DNA of 64,000 nucleotides. Origin: Candidatus Binatia bacterium. Its GTDB lineage: Bacteria > Desulfobacterota > Binatia > Bin18. The stretch lies in NCBI GenBank assembly GCA_963664395.2, contig OY761159.2, positions 992,001 through 1,056,000 on the forward strand, in the 5' to 3' direction. Below the pieces are notes generated by a model, which was not told where the DNA came from, did no database searches, and was given only the letters and a program-made list of their open reading frames with translations. This document shows, one piece after another, positions 20,879 to 29,904 of this stretch; the stretch's first letter is position 1; each line of letters opens with the position of its first letter. Position numbers and translations under genes: made by a program.

Positions 20879-21130
20879 TTAATCTAAGACTCGTTTGACC
20901 TTCATCTTCTGCCGACCAACGCCATGAGCTTCATACCAGTGCAACTCTGCCAGGCGGACCTCGTGGTTGGGGAAACGCACGCGGCCAATACCTTTGAGCT
21001 TACGCCACCGACGCCCGCCGAATTGTTCCCTCAATCGCTGCCGCTCGCGGATGGACAGATTGACAGCGATAATTTCAATATCCGTTAATTCGCCGAGGAG
21101 TTCAAAGCCGATCCCTACGCTGTGGAGCAT
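20879..21130 (-). CDS. Small basic hypothetical protein (putative toxin/nuclease)
   Basis: 83 aa; WRKLKG, AELHWYEAHGVG, KVKR. Confidence 0.7.
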   Translation of the reverse strand: MLHSVGIGFELLGELTDIEIIAVNLSIRERQRLREQFGGRRWRKLKGIGRVRFPNHEVRLAELHWYEAHGVGRQKMKVKRVLD

Positions 21131-21215
21131 AACCGTCGTTCAATTCACATTCAAGATACAAGCCTGCCTGCGACGCCTGAACGTAAACCGGAAATCACCA
21201 ACCCGGCGCCACCAC

Positions 21216-22622
21216 TCACTTCGACCGTCTGAGACAAGGAGGTAACCGACGAAACGGACTATATGGATTTTCGCAACCGAGAGCAGAAAACCCCTCCACG
21301 AAGACCGCACTTAGTCGAGCGATAGACATGTTATTCATTTCCCACACTTGGATCGTGGTAAAGATTATAGAGACAGATAAGACGGTTGCTCCAAACAATA
21401 CCCCAATTGGGCGAATTGGACGGGGGTCAGGCATTGGTTGTACAGGCGGTACTTCGCTGGTCGCAGAGGCGCGACCGGCTACCGTAGGTCCAGGGAGTAA
21501 AAGGCGAGACTTTGATGTTACCTGCCTGGTAAAGCCCCGATGAGTTAATAATTTACCGACCTTCTGAATGTTCTGTGTGAAGCTATCCCGTGCAGCTTTA
21601 ACGACGTAGACACGCTGTTCTTCGATCCACACTAGAATGCGTCTGTTCAGCTGTTGAATTCCAGCGTTTAGGTCTCCAATAATCTGCGCCTCTACTCGCT
21701 CTTTAATGTTGTCCAGATTCTCCCCCGCAAATAGCCCGACGAGTGCCCCGACTCCCGCACCTATGAGTGTCCCTACCCCTGGAGCGATGAAGGTTCCGAT
21801 GATCGCACCCGCACCAACTCCGCCAGTCGTGGCGGTCATCCTATCTATCCCTATATTTTTTGCCGCGGCACTGATCGTAGCCTGTATCCCAGCCGACGAG
21901 AATCGTGGAGGCATAAATTGTCTCTTGGGGTTCAATCCGCGATATTGGAAAATGAGAGCGACCAGACAAAGAGCGAGAGGAATGAAGAGGAGATAGGGTT
22001 GCTTAAACACGATGGCCGGGGGATTCGGGAGAACAACGCAGACTGTAGGCACAAGGAAAGAAACCAGTAGAAACGAATTCCGATATAAGGTGGCCCACCA
22101 GTAACGACGACGCGCGGTATAGAGGTCACGAAAGAGCGAGAACAGAAATTCATCGTCGGCCACCTTCGCACGCTTGCAGAGGCGATCTACTTCCGACTCA
22201 ATGTCGTTAACCAACTCGACCCAGAGATCCTTGATGCGCTCTTTAACAGCCGTATCCAAGTCCGAACTCGATCCTGCTACGTGGATACAATAACGAATGT
22301 TCTCTTTAGCATCCGCAACCGCCTGTTTGTAAAATTCCTCATATACCTTTCCCATCTTTAAGAAGCTCATGTTGATCTGTTCATCAATGTGAGCTTCGTC
22401 GAAAATGTCTGTAGTAACCTCTGCCGTCCGCCCCGAACTAGCAGTTAGACTTTCTGCGATCAGAGTATAAGCCGTTGTGAGCAGAATAAACGGCTGCGCG
22501 TCGGCTGTTTTCGATGTGTCAGGGTGAAGCTGTTTGGCTCGCTCTCGGTAGCGAACCTTGACTTGATCGAGTGAGGCGTTTTCGGGAACGCCGAGAATGG
22601 CATAGGCGGTCGTGAGGTCCAT
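21216..22622 (-). CDS. J-domain (DnaJ) membrane protein with glycine zipper
   Basis: AYAILGV..ASLDQVK..YR..AKQLHPD; two central TM segments; GVGAGAIIGTFIAPGVGTLIGAGVGALVG; AT-richer than flanks. Confidence 0.8.
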   Translation of the reverse strand: MDLTTAYAILGVPENASLDQVKVRYRERAKQLHPDTSKTADAQPFILLTTAYTLIAESLTASSGRTAEVTTDIFDEAHIDEQINMSFLKMGKVYEEFYKQAVADAKENIRYCIHVAGSSSDLDTAVKERIKDLWVELVNDIESEVDRLCKRAKVADDEFLFSLFRDLYTARRRYWWATLYRNSFLLVSFLVPTVCVVLPNPPAIVFKQPYLLFIPLALCLVALIFQYRGLNPKRQFMPPRFSSAGIQATISAAAKNIGIDRMTATTGGVGAGAIIGTFIAPGVGTLIGAGVGALVGLFAGENLDNIKERVEAQIIGDLNAGIQQLNRRILVWIEEQRVYVVKAARDSFTQNIQKVGKLLTHRGFTRQVTSKSRLLLPGPTVAGRASATSEVPPVQPMPDPRPIRPIGVLFGATVLSVSIIFTTIQVWEMNNMSIARLSAVFVEGFSALGCENPYSPFRRLPPCLRRSK

Positions 22623-22636
22623 AATGTCATTTTGCC

Positions 22637-23359
22637 CTACGCCGGTGTGTGCTCGGCCAGAAAGCGCTCGACGGCCTGCTTGGCAGTCGGGATATGCTCG
22701 GGCTCTTTCCAGTGCTCGACCAGCGTTGCCTGTGGGGCGATCTCGGCAATCTCTCGGGATGTCTCCTGCGGATGATAGAGGTCGTCTCCCAATAATACTA
22801 ACAATGGCGTTTGACAGTTTGAGACAAACTCTTTCGAGACGTTGAAGAGGAAGTCTCCACTATACATGTTTGTTTTGAATGACTCCCACGCCTCGTCACC
22901 AACGTCGGGCCGGGAGGGTTTCAGCTCGGCGGCCCAGCCATCAAACATTTCAAAAAACGCCTGACGATTGTTAGACAGACCAATAGTCTGAAAGAGAATA
23001 GCCGATGCGACACGTTGCGGCGCGGCCTGGATGAGTCCCATACAGTATGGTCCGCCAATGCACATGCCGGCCACATGGAAATTCTCAACCCCCAAATGAT
23101 CCATCAATGCCAGTTGGTCTTCCGTGTAGGTATGCCAACTGTCCGCAGCACTGATCGGGGCGGTTGATTGTCCAGCGTTGCGTTGGTCCATTGCAATAAC
23201 GCGATAGCTGGGTGAAAGTTGCTCAATCGGGTTCCAGGGGGTTTTCTCCCAAAAGGACACGGACGAACGCATGCCGCCCGGTGCGATGAGTAAGATCGGA
23301 AATCCTGCGCCCTGCTCTTCGTAATACAACTTGGTCTCGCCACGTTCGAATATCGGCAT
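22637..23359 (-). CDS. Alpha/beta hydrolase with Cys nucleophile elbow
   Basis: APGGMRS, MDQRNAG, GMCIGG, GDDLYHP. Confidence 0.85.
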   Translation of the reverse strand: MPIFERGETKLYYEEQGAGFPILLIAPGGMRSSVSFWEKTPWNPIEQLSPSYRVIAMDQRNAGQSTAPISAADSWHTYTEDQLALMDHLGVENFHVAGMCIGGPYCMGLIQAAPQRVASAILFQTIGLSNNRQAFFEMFDGWAAELKPSRPDVGDEAWESFKTNMYSGDFLFNVSKEFVSNCQTPLLVLLGDDLYHPQETSREIAEIAPQATLVEHWKEPEHIPTAKQAVERFLAEHTPA

Positions 23360-23529
23360 ATATGTCTCCCTTCGCCTTTTTTCACCAGAAGATAGAAACT
23401 TCCAACGTCCTTTTCAAGCTGCGCCCGGACCTGAGCAGGCCGGACGCTTGACATGGGTCTGCCTCAATAGGGTAGAGTGGCCCCAAATTGAGTAGAAATC
23501 CCGAATCTTCCGGACGAAAGAAGGAGTGG

Positions 23530-24666
23530 ATGATGAAACAGCATCGCGTCATATCCGCCGACTCGCACGCCATCGAACCCCCTGACCTGTGGCAACAATA
23601 CCTGCCCTACGCCTACAAAGACCGTGGCCCCCATGTTGTTTCGGAATCTACGGGAGATATCTGGGTGTGTGAGGGCATGCAGTCGCACGTTGCAAAACGT
23701 CCGATGGGCGCGGTGGCAAGAAACAGAGAGAAGGCATATGCCGCGGCGGCAGCAGGCGATAAACGCTACGCCACGGATGCGAACGATTGGAACCCGGATG
23801 CACGGGTGAAGTATATGCGGCAGGACGGAGTGGATGCCGAGGTGCTGTATCCTAACTACGCCATGCGGGCCTTTGGCATCCCCGACCAAGACCTACAGCA
23901 GGCCGTCTGCCAGGCGTATAATGACTGGCTGAGCGACTTTTGCAGCGCCCATCCAAAGGAATTATTCGGTATTGCCGTGGTGCCGGCCTTTGATGTTGAC
24001 TGGGCAATACGGGAGTGCCGGCGAGCCAAGGAAAAAGGACTCGTCGGTGTACTTTTGCCTCAAGATACCCCCGACGGCTCACGCTATTCGGCAGCGCACT
24101 GGGACCCGCTGTGGGCCACGCTGGCCGAACTCGGTATGCCGCTCAGCCTGCATATTATTGCCTCTGGCCATGCCAACACCAATTGGACGCGGGATGAGAC
24201 TGGCGAAGAAAGTGCGGCGGTCGGCTACGCGGTCCTGCCGGTACGCATGGCGCGGGCGTTTGGCACTTTTATCCTGGAGGGCGTGTTTGACCGTCATCCA
24301 GGCTTGAAACTGATTTCAGCCGAGAATGAACTTTCGTGGGCCGCCAATTTTCTGAGTCGCTTGGACTGGGGCTATCACCGCCGCACCATGGCCAAAGACC
24401 CCATGGTCAGGTGTCAGCGCTTACCCAGCGAGTATTGGCACGAGCACTGTTATCTGACGTTTATCGATGACCTGCCGGGAGTCATGCTGCGTGAGTTTAT
24501 CGGGGTGGATCGCATCATGTGGTCGTCAGATTTTCCCCACCTTGACAGCAGTTGGCCCGAATCCCAGCGCTTCTTGGAGAAACATCTGGCCGCTGTCCCC
24601 GCAGATGAGGCCCGACCGATTGTCGCGGAGAATTGTATGCGCCTGTATGGTTTGGGGGAGGTTTGA
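23530..24666 (+). CDS. Amidohydrolase_2 family protein
   Basis: ISADSHAIEP, DGVDAEVLYP, LSLH, MWSSDFPHLDSSWP. Confidence 0.9.
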   Translation: MMKQHRVISADSHAIEPPDLWQQYLPYAYKDRGPHVVSESTGDIWVCEGMQSHVAKRPMGAVARNREKAYAAAAAGDKRYATDANDWNPDARVKYMRQDGVDAEVLYPNYAMRAFGIPDQDLQQAVCQAYNDWLSDFCSAHPKELFGIAVVPAFDVDWAIRECRRAKEKGLVGVLLPQDTPDGSRYSAAHWDPLWATLAELGMPLSLHIIASGHANTNWTRDETGEESAAVGYAVLPVRMARAFGTFILEGVFDRHPGLKLISAENELSWAANFLSRLDWGYHRRTMAKDPMVRCQRLPSEYWHEHCYLTFIDDLPGVMLREFIGVDRIMWSSDFPHLDSSWPESQRFLEKHLAAVPADEARPIVAENCMRLYGLGEV

Positions 24667-24724
24667 TCTGAGGGTCTTCCGGAAAGAACAAGATGGGTCC
24701 GGGGACCCATCCTCCTCTCAATAT

Positions 24725-25186
24725 CTACGAATCGGCACTCAACAATTCGGCCAGCCGCTCGTCCGCGTAATACACGACAATCGCACGTTCGGCGAAGTAC
24801 CATTCCCCACCATCACGGACAAAGCGGTCGTCATATCGACCAATTGCCTGACGCGGTGTGGTTTCGTCTTTAGCGATGAGGTCGGCGTCCATATAAGACA
24901 CCACCCGCGCTTCGTCTCCGTTCAGATCAATCTGAATGTTGGATATCTTATGGCGGAGGTGGGTCAGTTTCGCCCGGAAGTATTTATGGTAGTTCGCATA
25001 CCATTCGCGCACAGCCTCACGACCGTTATAGCCGTCGTTGTCTTCAAGGCTGACCACTAGCCGTCCGTTGGGATGAAAGAGCACGGCCACATCATCCGCG
25101 CTGCCGCGATCGACCGCATGACAATAGCGATCAATCACCCGACGAATGGCGGCTTCGTCCATGACCCGACGCATTTCGTCACTCAT
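24725..25186 (-). CDS. SnoaL-like / NTF2-family protein
   Basis: AIRRVIDRYCHAVD, RH, GRYDDRFVR..GEW.F..R. Confidence 0.85.
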   Translation of the reverse strand: MSDEMRRVMDEAAIRRVIDRYCHAVDRGSADDVAVLFHPNGRLVVSLEDNDGYNGREAVREWYANYHKYFRAKLTHLRHKISNIQIDLNGDEARVVSYMDADLIAKDETTPRQAIGRYDDRFVRDGGEWYFAERAIVVYYADERLAELLSADS

Positions 25187-25296
25187 TGGCTTGCCTCCTT
25201 GTCAGTAGTTTACGATTCCATGCTTCGACTGGACCTAGCCCTATAGGCTAGGCGATACATAACCGGAAAAAACAAAAGGGCACAATCGCGCCTCAC

Positions 25297-25740
25297 TCAT
25301 GCCCTTGTCGGGTCCACAGCAACAATTCCTTCTGTACCATAGCGAACGAAATCAGAGGTGTTCAATGTAAGGATATACGTCACGCTGTGAACCCTCATGG
25401 CAGCCACAAGGCGGGCGTCATATACTTGAACACCTGAAACTCCGAAGGAAACGACAAGCCGACGCCATTCAGTGTATACCGCAGGTGAATCCGGTAAGAG
25501 GGGGAAAAGCCGCTCCACAAAGCGCAGGAGTCGGTCAGCTTTGGCAGAGACCAAACCAAATCCGTTCCTTTCTATTGGCCGAGTAGCGACATTCCAGAAT
25601 TCGACAAAGTTCTGGGGCGTAGCACGCAACCGGTGTCCACCGGCACGGAGCTTCCGCACTGCGGCGCGGATAGTTGCATGAAGCGGGTGAGCGCGGTCTG
25701 CAAATCGCAGCAGGACGTTTGTGTCTACGAGGTAGGTCAC
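25297..25740 (-). CDS. vapC: PIN-domain VapC-type toxin
   Basis: YLVDTNVLLR, QNFVEFWNVATRP..RNG, VYDARLVA, LTLNTSDF. Confidence 0.88.
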   Translation of the reverse strand: MTYLVDTNVLLRFADRAHPLHATIRAAVRKLRAGGHRLRATPQNFVEFWNVATRPIERNGFGLVSAKADRLLRFVERLFPLLPDSPAVYTEWRRLVVSFGVSGVQVYDARLVAAMRVHSVTYILTLNTSDFVRYGTEGIVAVDPTRA

Positions 25741-25742
25741 AG

Positions 25743-26324
25743 CTAGGGGTGGTCTTCGTAGATGCCCTTACGACTAACGGCGTAGTCTGAGAGCGAAGGA
25801 GCATTAGGGTCAAGGTCCGCCGCAAGAGTATCGGCCAGTTGGTCTGTTGTCACTTCAAATTCAGCCTCTGTCAGTTCGGCGGGTATTTCCTGAAACGCTT
25901 CCCCTCCAAGATGCTTTGCAAGGCAAGTGACGAAGGTCTTGATCTCGTCTAGGGAAAGCTTGGCACGGAATCCATCCCTATCTTCAAATGAGAAGCCACC
26001 CACTTTATCGCCTGCGTTAAAGGGTTCGACTTTGAAGTGCGCGACAGCATTTCTCAACTTCTTGACCACCTGTCTTAGGTTGGGCTGGTGTTCGTGACCA
26101 TACGCGCACTTGCCAGGCTTTATAGAACCCGACCTTATACCCCACTTAGAGAGCGAGTCGAAGTCGTCTTTCGGAATCTTTTCATACAAGGTCTCCTTTG
26201 GAAGGACGAGCAAGCCAAGAAGGCAGTTGACGAGAAGGGTCGCGTCTAGGTTTCCCCCATAGTCATTGACGAGGGTGAGCGTACGACGCATGAAGTCCTG
26301 TTCGAAATCATTTTCGTACTCCAT
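25743..26324 (-). CDS. HEPN nuclease (pEK499_p136-like) fused to an antitoxin-like C-terminal tail
   Basis: DF..RT, TLLVNCLLGLLVLPKE, LRNAVAH (R-X4-H); acidic tail ending LSDYAVSRKGIYEDHP. Confidence 0.72.
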   Translation of the reverse strand: MEYENDFEQDFMRRTLTLVNDYGGNLDATLLVNCLLGLLVLPKETLYEKIPKDDFDSLSKWGIRSGSIKPGKCAYGHEHQPNLRQVVKKLRNAVAHFKVEPFNAGDKVGGFSFEDRDGFRAKLSLDEIKTFVTCLAKHLGGEAFQEIPAELTEAEFEVTTDQLADTLAADLDPNAPSLSDYAVSRKGIYEDHP

Positions 26325-26423
26325 GGGTATCTCCTGAGGATATAGTCTATGACATATGCCCTATTGAGGATGGCCAAGCCTAGCAACTGTTGCAGTATTT
26401 AGCCATCCAATAGTGACAGTCCA

Positions 26424-26882
26424 CTACGCCATCGGCTCTAACACCACCACCGGAATCTCGCGCTCGGTCTTAGCCTGATAGTCGTTATAGGGCGGATAAA
26501 TGACCGCCATTTTTTCCCATAGCGCAGCCCGCTCTTCTCCACTGGCGGTTCGTGCCTTGGCCTTAAAACATCTGTCCAGCACCTGCACCTCAACCTCTTC
26601 GTTTGCGGCCAGATTCAGATACCAGCCGGGATGTTTGGGTGCGCCGCCTTTGGAGGCGACGATAATATAGTTTCCATCAGCCTCGCCGTAAATTAAGGGC
26701 ATGATGCCCGTCTTGCCCGACCGACGACCCGTTGTGGTCAGCAACAGTGTCGGGAGGAGCCCTGGCCCGCCAACCGGCGCGGAATCCCACATATGCCCGT
26801 CGGCGCCATCCGTATCGAGGTAGCGCTGTAAATGGTCTGCAATCCAGCTTGGTAGATTATCCGGTACTTTGACATCACTCAT
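26424..26882 (-). CDS. Deazaflavin (F420H2)-dependent nitroreductase/quinone reductase (Ddn family)
   Basis: LLLTTTGRRSG, VASKGGAPKHPGWYLNL, Y..YQ..T.REIPVVVL. Confidence 0.92.
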   Translation of the reverse strand: MSDVKVPDNLPSWIADHLQRYLDTDGADGHMWDSAPVGGPGLLPTLLLTTTGRRSGKTGIMPLIYGEADGNYIIVASKGGAPKHPGWYLNLAANEEVEVQVLDRCFKAKARTASGEERAALWEKMAVIYPPYNDYQAKTEREIPVVVLEPMA

Positions 26883-26926
26883 ACTATTCTCCTTTTCCTT
26901 TGATTGACTATCTGACACACTGAAAC

Positions 26927-27322
26927 TCACTGTTCCGGCAGGTCTTCCAATAGCAGGGTTCGAGCCGCCATGATGACATGCTTTTCAACCCCATTCCGCC
27001 GATGTTCATTGGCCGCTAAAAACTCCTTGCTTTCCACCATATCAATAAACGCTGCGCGGCTTGGATAATAGACGAGGATCGCCCAGTCCCAGTCCACATC
27101 GCCCCCTTCATGCAGGGCTGCTTCTGCTACAGGCCCCGCCCAGAGCACCCGTCCGCCTCGGTCTTCAACGAGCTTCTGGACCGGCTTGGTATACCGAGCG
27201 TAGGCTTCCCGGCCCGTTCCGTCTCCGTCCAGCGACTGCGCCCGATACTTGATCAGATTGATCATCGTGACCGGGCCTTCGTCGGGCGACTCGCGAAGTA
27301 CATCGACGTTGAATGTGCTCAT
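26927..27322 (-). CDS. DUF1330 domain protein (long type)
   Basis: GPVTMINL, GREAYARY, WD...LV.YPSR.AF. Confidence 0.8.
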   Translation of the reverse strand: MSTFNVDVLRESPDEGPVTMINLIKYRAQSLDGDGTGREAYARYTKPVQKLVEDRGGRVLWAGPVAEAALHEGGDVDWDWAILVYYPSRAAFIDMVESKEFLAANEHRRNGVEKHVIMAARTLLLEDLPEQ

Positions 27323-27357
27323 AGGCTTCTCCTCTTGAAATGCTCAGATTGAAATAC

Positions 27358-27774
27358 TCAGAACAGGTCAAGCTGCTTCTTCTCTTCACTCGCGTTTTCC
27401 AAAGGATGGAAACCCTGCGCTTCAGCCCACTCCGGATCGGGGCCCTGCCAACCGAAGCGTCCGAGATCGGTCACTCCTTTGACACTAAAAGTGATCCCTT
27501 CCTGCTCAAGCAAGGTCTGCTGACGTTGCCCGGTACTCACTCTGCCTTGCGCATTGATAACCCGCTGCCAAGGAACGGGAGGGTCAGGCTGTCCATCCCG
27601 TAGAGCGGCCATGGCGTCACCAACTTCCCGTGCGGTCACAGACGCGCCCATGACTTGTGCGATTTGGCCGTAGGTGGCGACACGCCCGTATGGAATCTGC
27701 CGGGCAATCTCGTAAACGCACGAAAACACCGAACGCGGCCCGTCTGCTTCTCCGTCTCGATCAGGATGGTGCAT
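27358..27774 (-). CDS. Alkyltransferase-like (ATL/MGMT family) protein
   Basis: IPYGRVATYGQIA, AREVG, PWQRV (Trp in place of the catalytic Cys). Confidence 0.88.
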   Translation of the reverse strand: MHHPDRDGEADGPRSVFSCVYEIARQIPYGRVATYGQIAQVMGASVTAREVGDAMAALRDGQPDPPVPWQRVINAQGRVSTGQRQQTLLEQEGITFSVKGVTDLGRFGWQGPDPEWAEAQGFHPLENASEEKKQLDLF

Positions 27775-27795
27775 TCGGCTTCCTCTCCGTCTCGA

Positions 27796-28920
27796 TCAGG
27801 TAAAGCGCGGCATCACTTTCGTGGCGAAGAGTTCGAAGCTGCGCAGAATGGTATCACGCGGCAGGAGCCCATCGCCTAACAGGAAAAACATTTCGTCCGT
27901 CCCGATTTTCTGGGCCAGCTCGATTTTGCGCGACACGCTGTCCGGGTCCCCGATCAACGGCTCGGCAACACCTAGTCCGAACGGAATGCCCCACTTTTCC
28001 CAGAACCAGCGGGTGTCCGCCATGATCTGGGGCGTTTCCGAGGGGTTCTCCGTGAGTACGAGTTGGCCGCCTAAGGCCAATTCGGTGCCAGGTTTCACCG
28101 TCCGCCCCGCCTTTTCCGCCTCTTCCCGATAGACACCTTGGAGGCGGGCACATAACTCCTCGTGCAGGAGAATAATAATCGGTTTGCCGCCTTCTCTACC
28201 CCAATAGCGAATGGATTCCGTATTATGGGTAAAGCCAGCATACAGCGGAGGGTGAGGATTCTGGTACGGACGTGGCGCAATGCCAATCTCTTCGATGCTC
28301 ATATCGTCCTTCACCCCAGCGCCAAACTGTGTATACGCTTCCATGGGATGCGGATTTTTTGCGCCCTCGGGTGGGAACTGCCAGAACTCGCCTTTATGTG
28401 AAAACGTGTCGTTGCTCCAGGCTTTCTTGATGACCGCGACCGATTCTTCAAACGCTCTACGGTTTTTGAGATCGGACTCTTGTTTCTTATTCCAATGGCC
28501 GACGGCTTCGACGCCGGGCAGGCTGCCGTAGTTCTGGACCCAACGGGCTTGGTAGCCGCGCACAAAAGCGACATTCAGGCGGCCCTCCAGCATATGATCC
28601 AGCATGGCCACATCTTCGGCTACGCGCAGGGGGTTGTGGGTGCTGAGGACGTAGCCAAGGATGTCCACTTTGAGGCGCTTTGAGTTTTGTCCAATAAACA
28701 TGCTCAGCAAACCGGGGCTGCCGGTGGCTTCCATACCCTCAATCTGAAGGTGATGCTCGGGGTGTCCGAAGCCTTCAAAGCCAGATTCGTCACAGACCGT
28801 GACGTACTCTTTGAGATCTTTAAGCATGCGCTGGTAGAGCTCGGGCCGCTTACCCGCCATGCCGCCTTCGAGCTCTTTTCGGGTTCCCACCGTACAATAG
28901 GCAATCGCGTGAAATTTCAT
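27796..28920 (-). CDS. LLM-class flavin-dependent oxidoreductase
   Basis: PEHH, HNPLRVAEDVAMLDHM..GR, PRPYQNPHPP, FATKVMP. Confidence 0.88.
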   Translation of the reverse strand: MKFHAIAYCTVGTRKELEGGMAGKRPELYQRMLKDLKEYVTVCDESGFEGFGHPEHHLQIEGMEATGSPGLLSMFIGQNSKRLKVDILGYVLSTHNPLRVAEDVAMLDHMLEGRLNVAFVRGYQARWVQNYGSLPGVEAVGHWNKKQESDLKNRRAFEESVAVIKKAWSNDTFSHKGEFWQFPPEGAKNPHPMEAYTQFGAGVKDDMSIEEIGIAPRPYQNPHPPLYAGFTHNTESIRYWGREGGKPIIILLHEELCARLQGVYREEAEKAGRTVKPGTELALGGQLVLTENPSETPQIMADTRWFWEKWGIPFGLGVAEPLIGDPDSVSRKIELAQKIGTDEMFFLLGDGLLPRDTILRSFELFATKVMPRFT

Positions 28921-28954
28921 AGCGTTTTTACTGTAGCCTTTCGTGTCTTCATCT

Positions 28955-29803
28955 TTACGCCGGCACAGCACCCTTGAGCAGAATGCGCTGATGGATACGA
29001 CGTTGGCCTGGAGGAAAGTCCATATTGACCGAATGCGTCACACTGCGGTTGTCCCACATGAGCACGTCGCCGACCCGCCAGGCATGATGATACTGATATT
29101 GTGGCTGCGTCATGTGGGCATGGACGTGATCGAGCAGGGCGTCACTTTCTTCCCGTTTCATATCCGGGATGCGGTCAGTCCGGTTTGAGTTGAAATAGAG
29201 CGCTTTTCCCCCCGTCTCGTCATGCGTGCGAATCAGGGGATGAACGACATCCGGCGTTTCGGCCGCTTCTTCCCTGGTGCGCTGAACCGCCCGGGCCGGG
29301 GCGCGCAGGGTGTCATAGCTGTGAATGGCCCGCAGTCCGTCGAGGCGGGCTTTCATGTCTTCAGATAAATCTTCGTAGGCCGCGCGCGCATTGCAAAAAC
29401 GGGTTTCTCCTCCCTGTTCGGGGATTTCCAATGCCTGCAAGAGCGTCACTTTTGCCGGAACCGCAAAATACGAGTCGTCCGTATGCCAACCCGAGCGCCG
29501 GTCGAAGAGCAAGTCCGCTGGTTTGTCTTCCGCTTTTTTATACGTACTGTTAAAGACTGAGACTTCCGGGGCCGCCTCAATACGCATATTACGCAGCAGT
29601 TGCACCTGCGGCTCTCCAAAATAGCGGCTGACTTGGGCAAAGGTCGTGGGTGCCAGCGGCTGTGTCCGTAAGCACAGCAGGTGATACCTCAAAAAGGCAG
29701 CTTTGAGTGCCGCTACGGTCGTGGCGCTGACCGGCTGTGTCCAATCGACACCTGAAACCTCGGCACCGAGGGCATCACTTAATGGAGTAATCTGAAGCGT
29801 CAT
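28955..29803 (-). CDS. TauD/TfdA family Fe(II)/2-oxoglutarate dioxygenase
   Basis: LGAEV.GVD, WHTD, GGETRF, HPLIRTH, WDNRSVTH. Confidence 0.92.
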   Translation of the reverse strand: MTLQITPLSDALGAEVSGVDWTQPVSATTVAALKAAFLRYHLLCLRTQPLAPTTFAQVSRYFGEPQVQLLRNMRIEAAPEVSVFNSTYKKAEDKPADLLFDRRSGWHTDDSYFAVPAKVTLLQALEIPEQGGETRFCNARAAYEDLSEDMKARLDGLRAIHSYDTLRAPARAVQRTREEAAETPDVVHPLIRTHDETGGKALYFNSNRTDRIPDMKREESDALLDHVHAHMTQPQYQYHHAWRVGDVLMWDNRSVTHSVNMDFPPGQRRIHQRILLKGAVPA

Positions 29804-29904
29804 AACTATTCCTTCCACATCGCTGGACCCATTCCAGTGGGCCCATCTCACGAGTCAGTTTTATCTTTCTCTTTATGCCAGGCAGGTGAGAAGAAAATCA
29901 AGCA

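Noticed and set aside
21121-21215. Integron attC site (GCATAAC/GTTATGC) between the J-domain gene and the toxin-like pair
   Set aside because: Only one core-like box; no complementary partner box or convincing stem; no integrase
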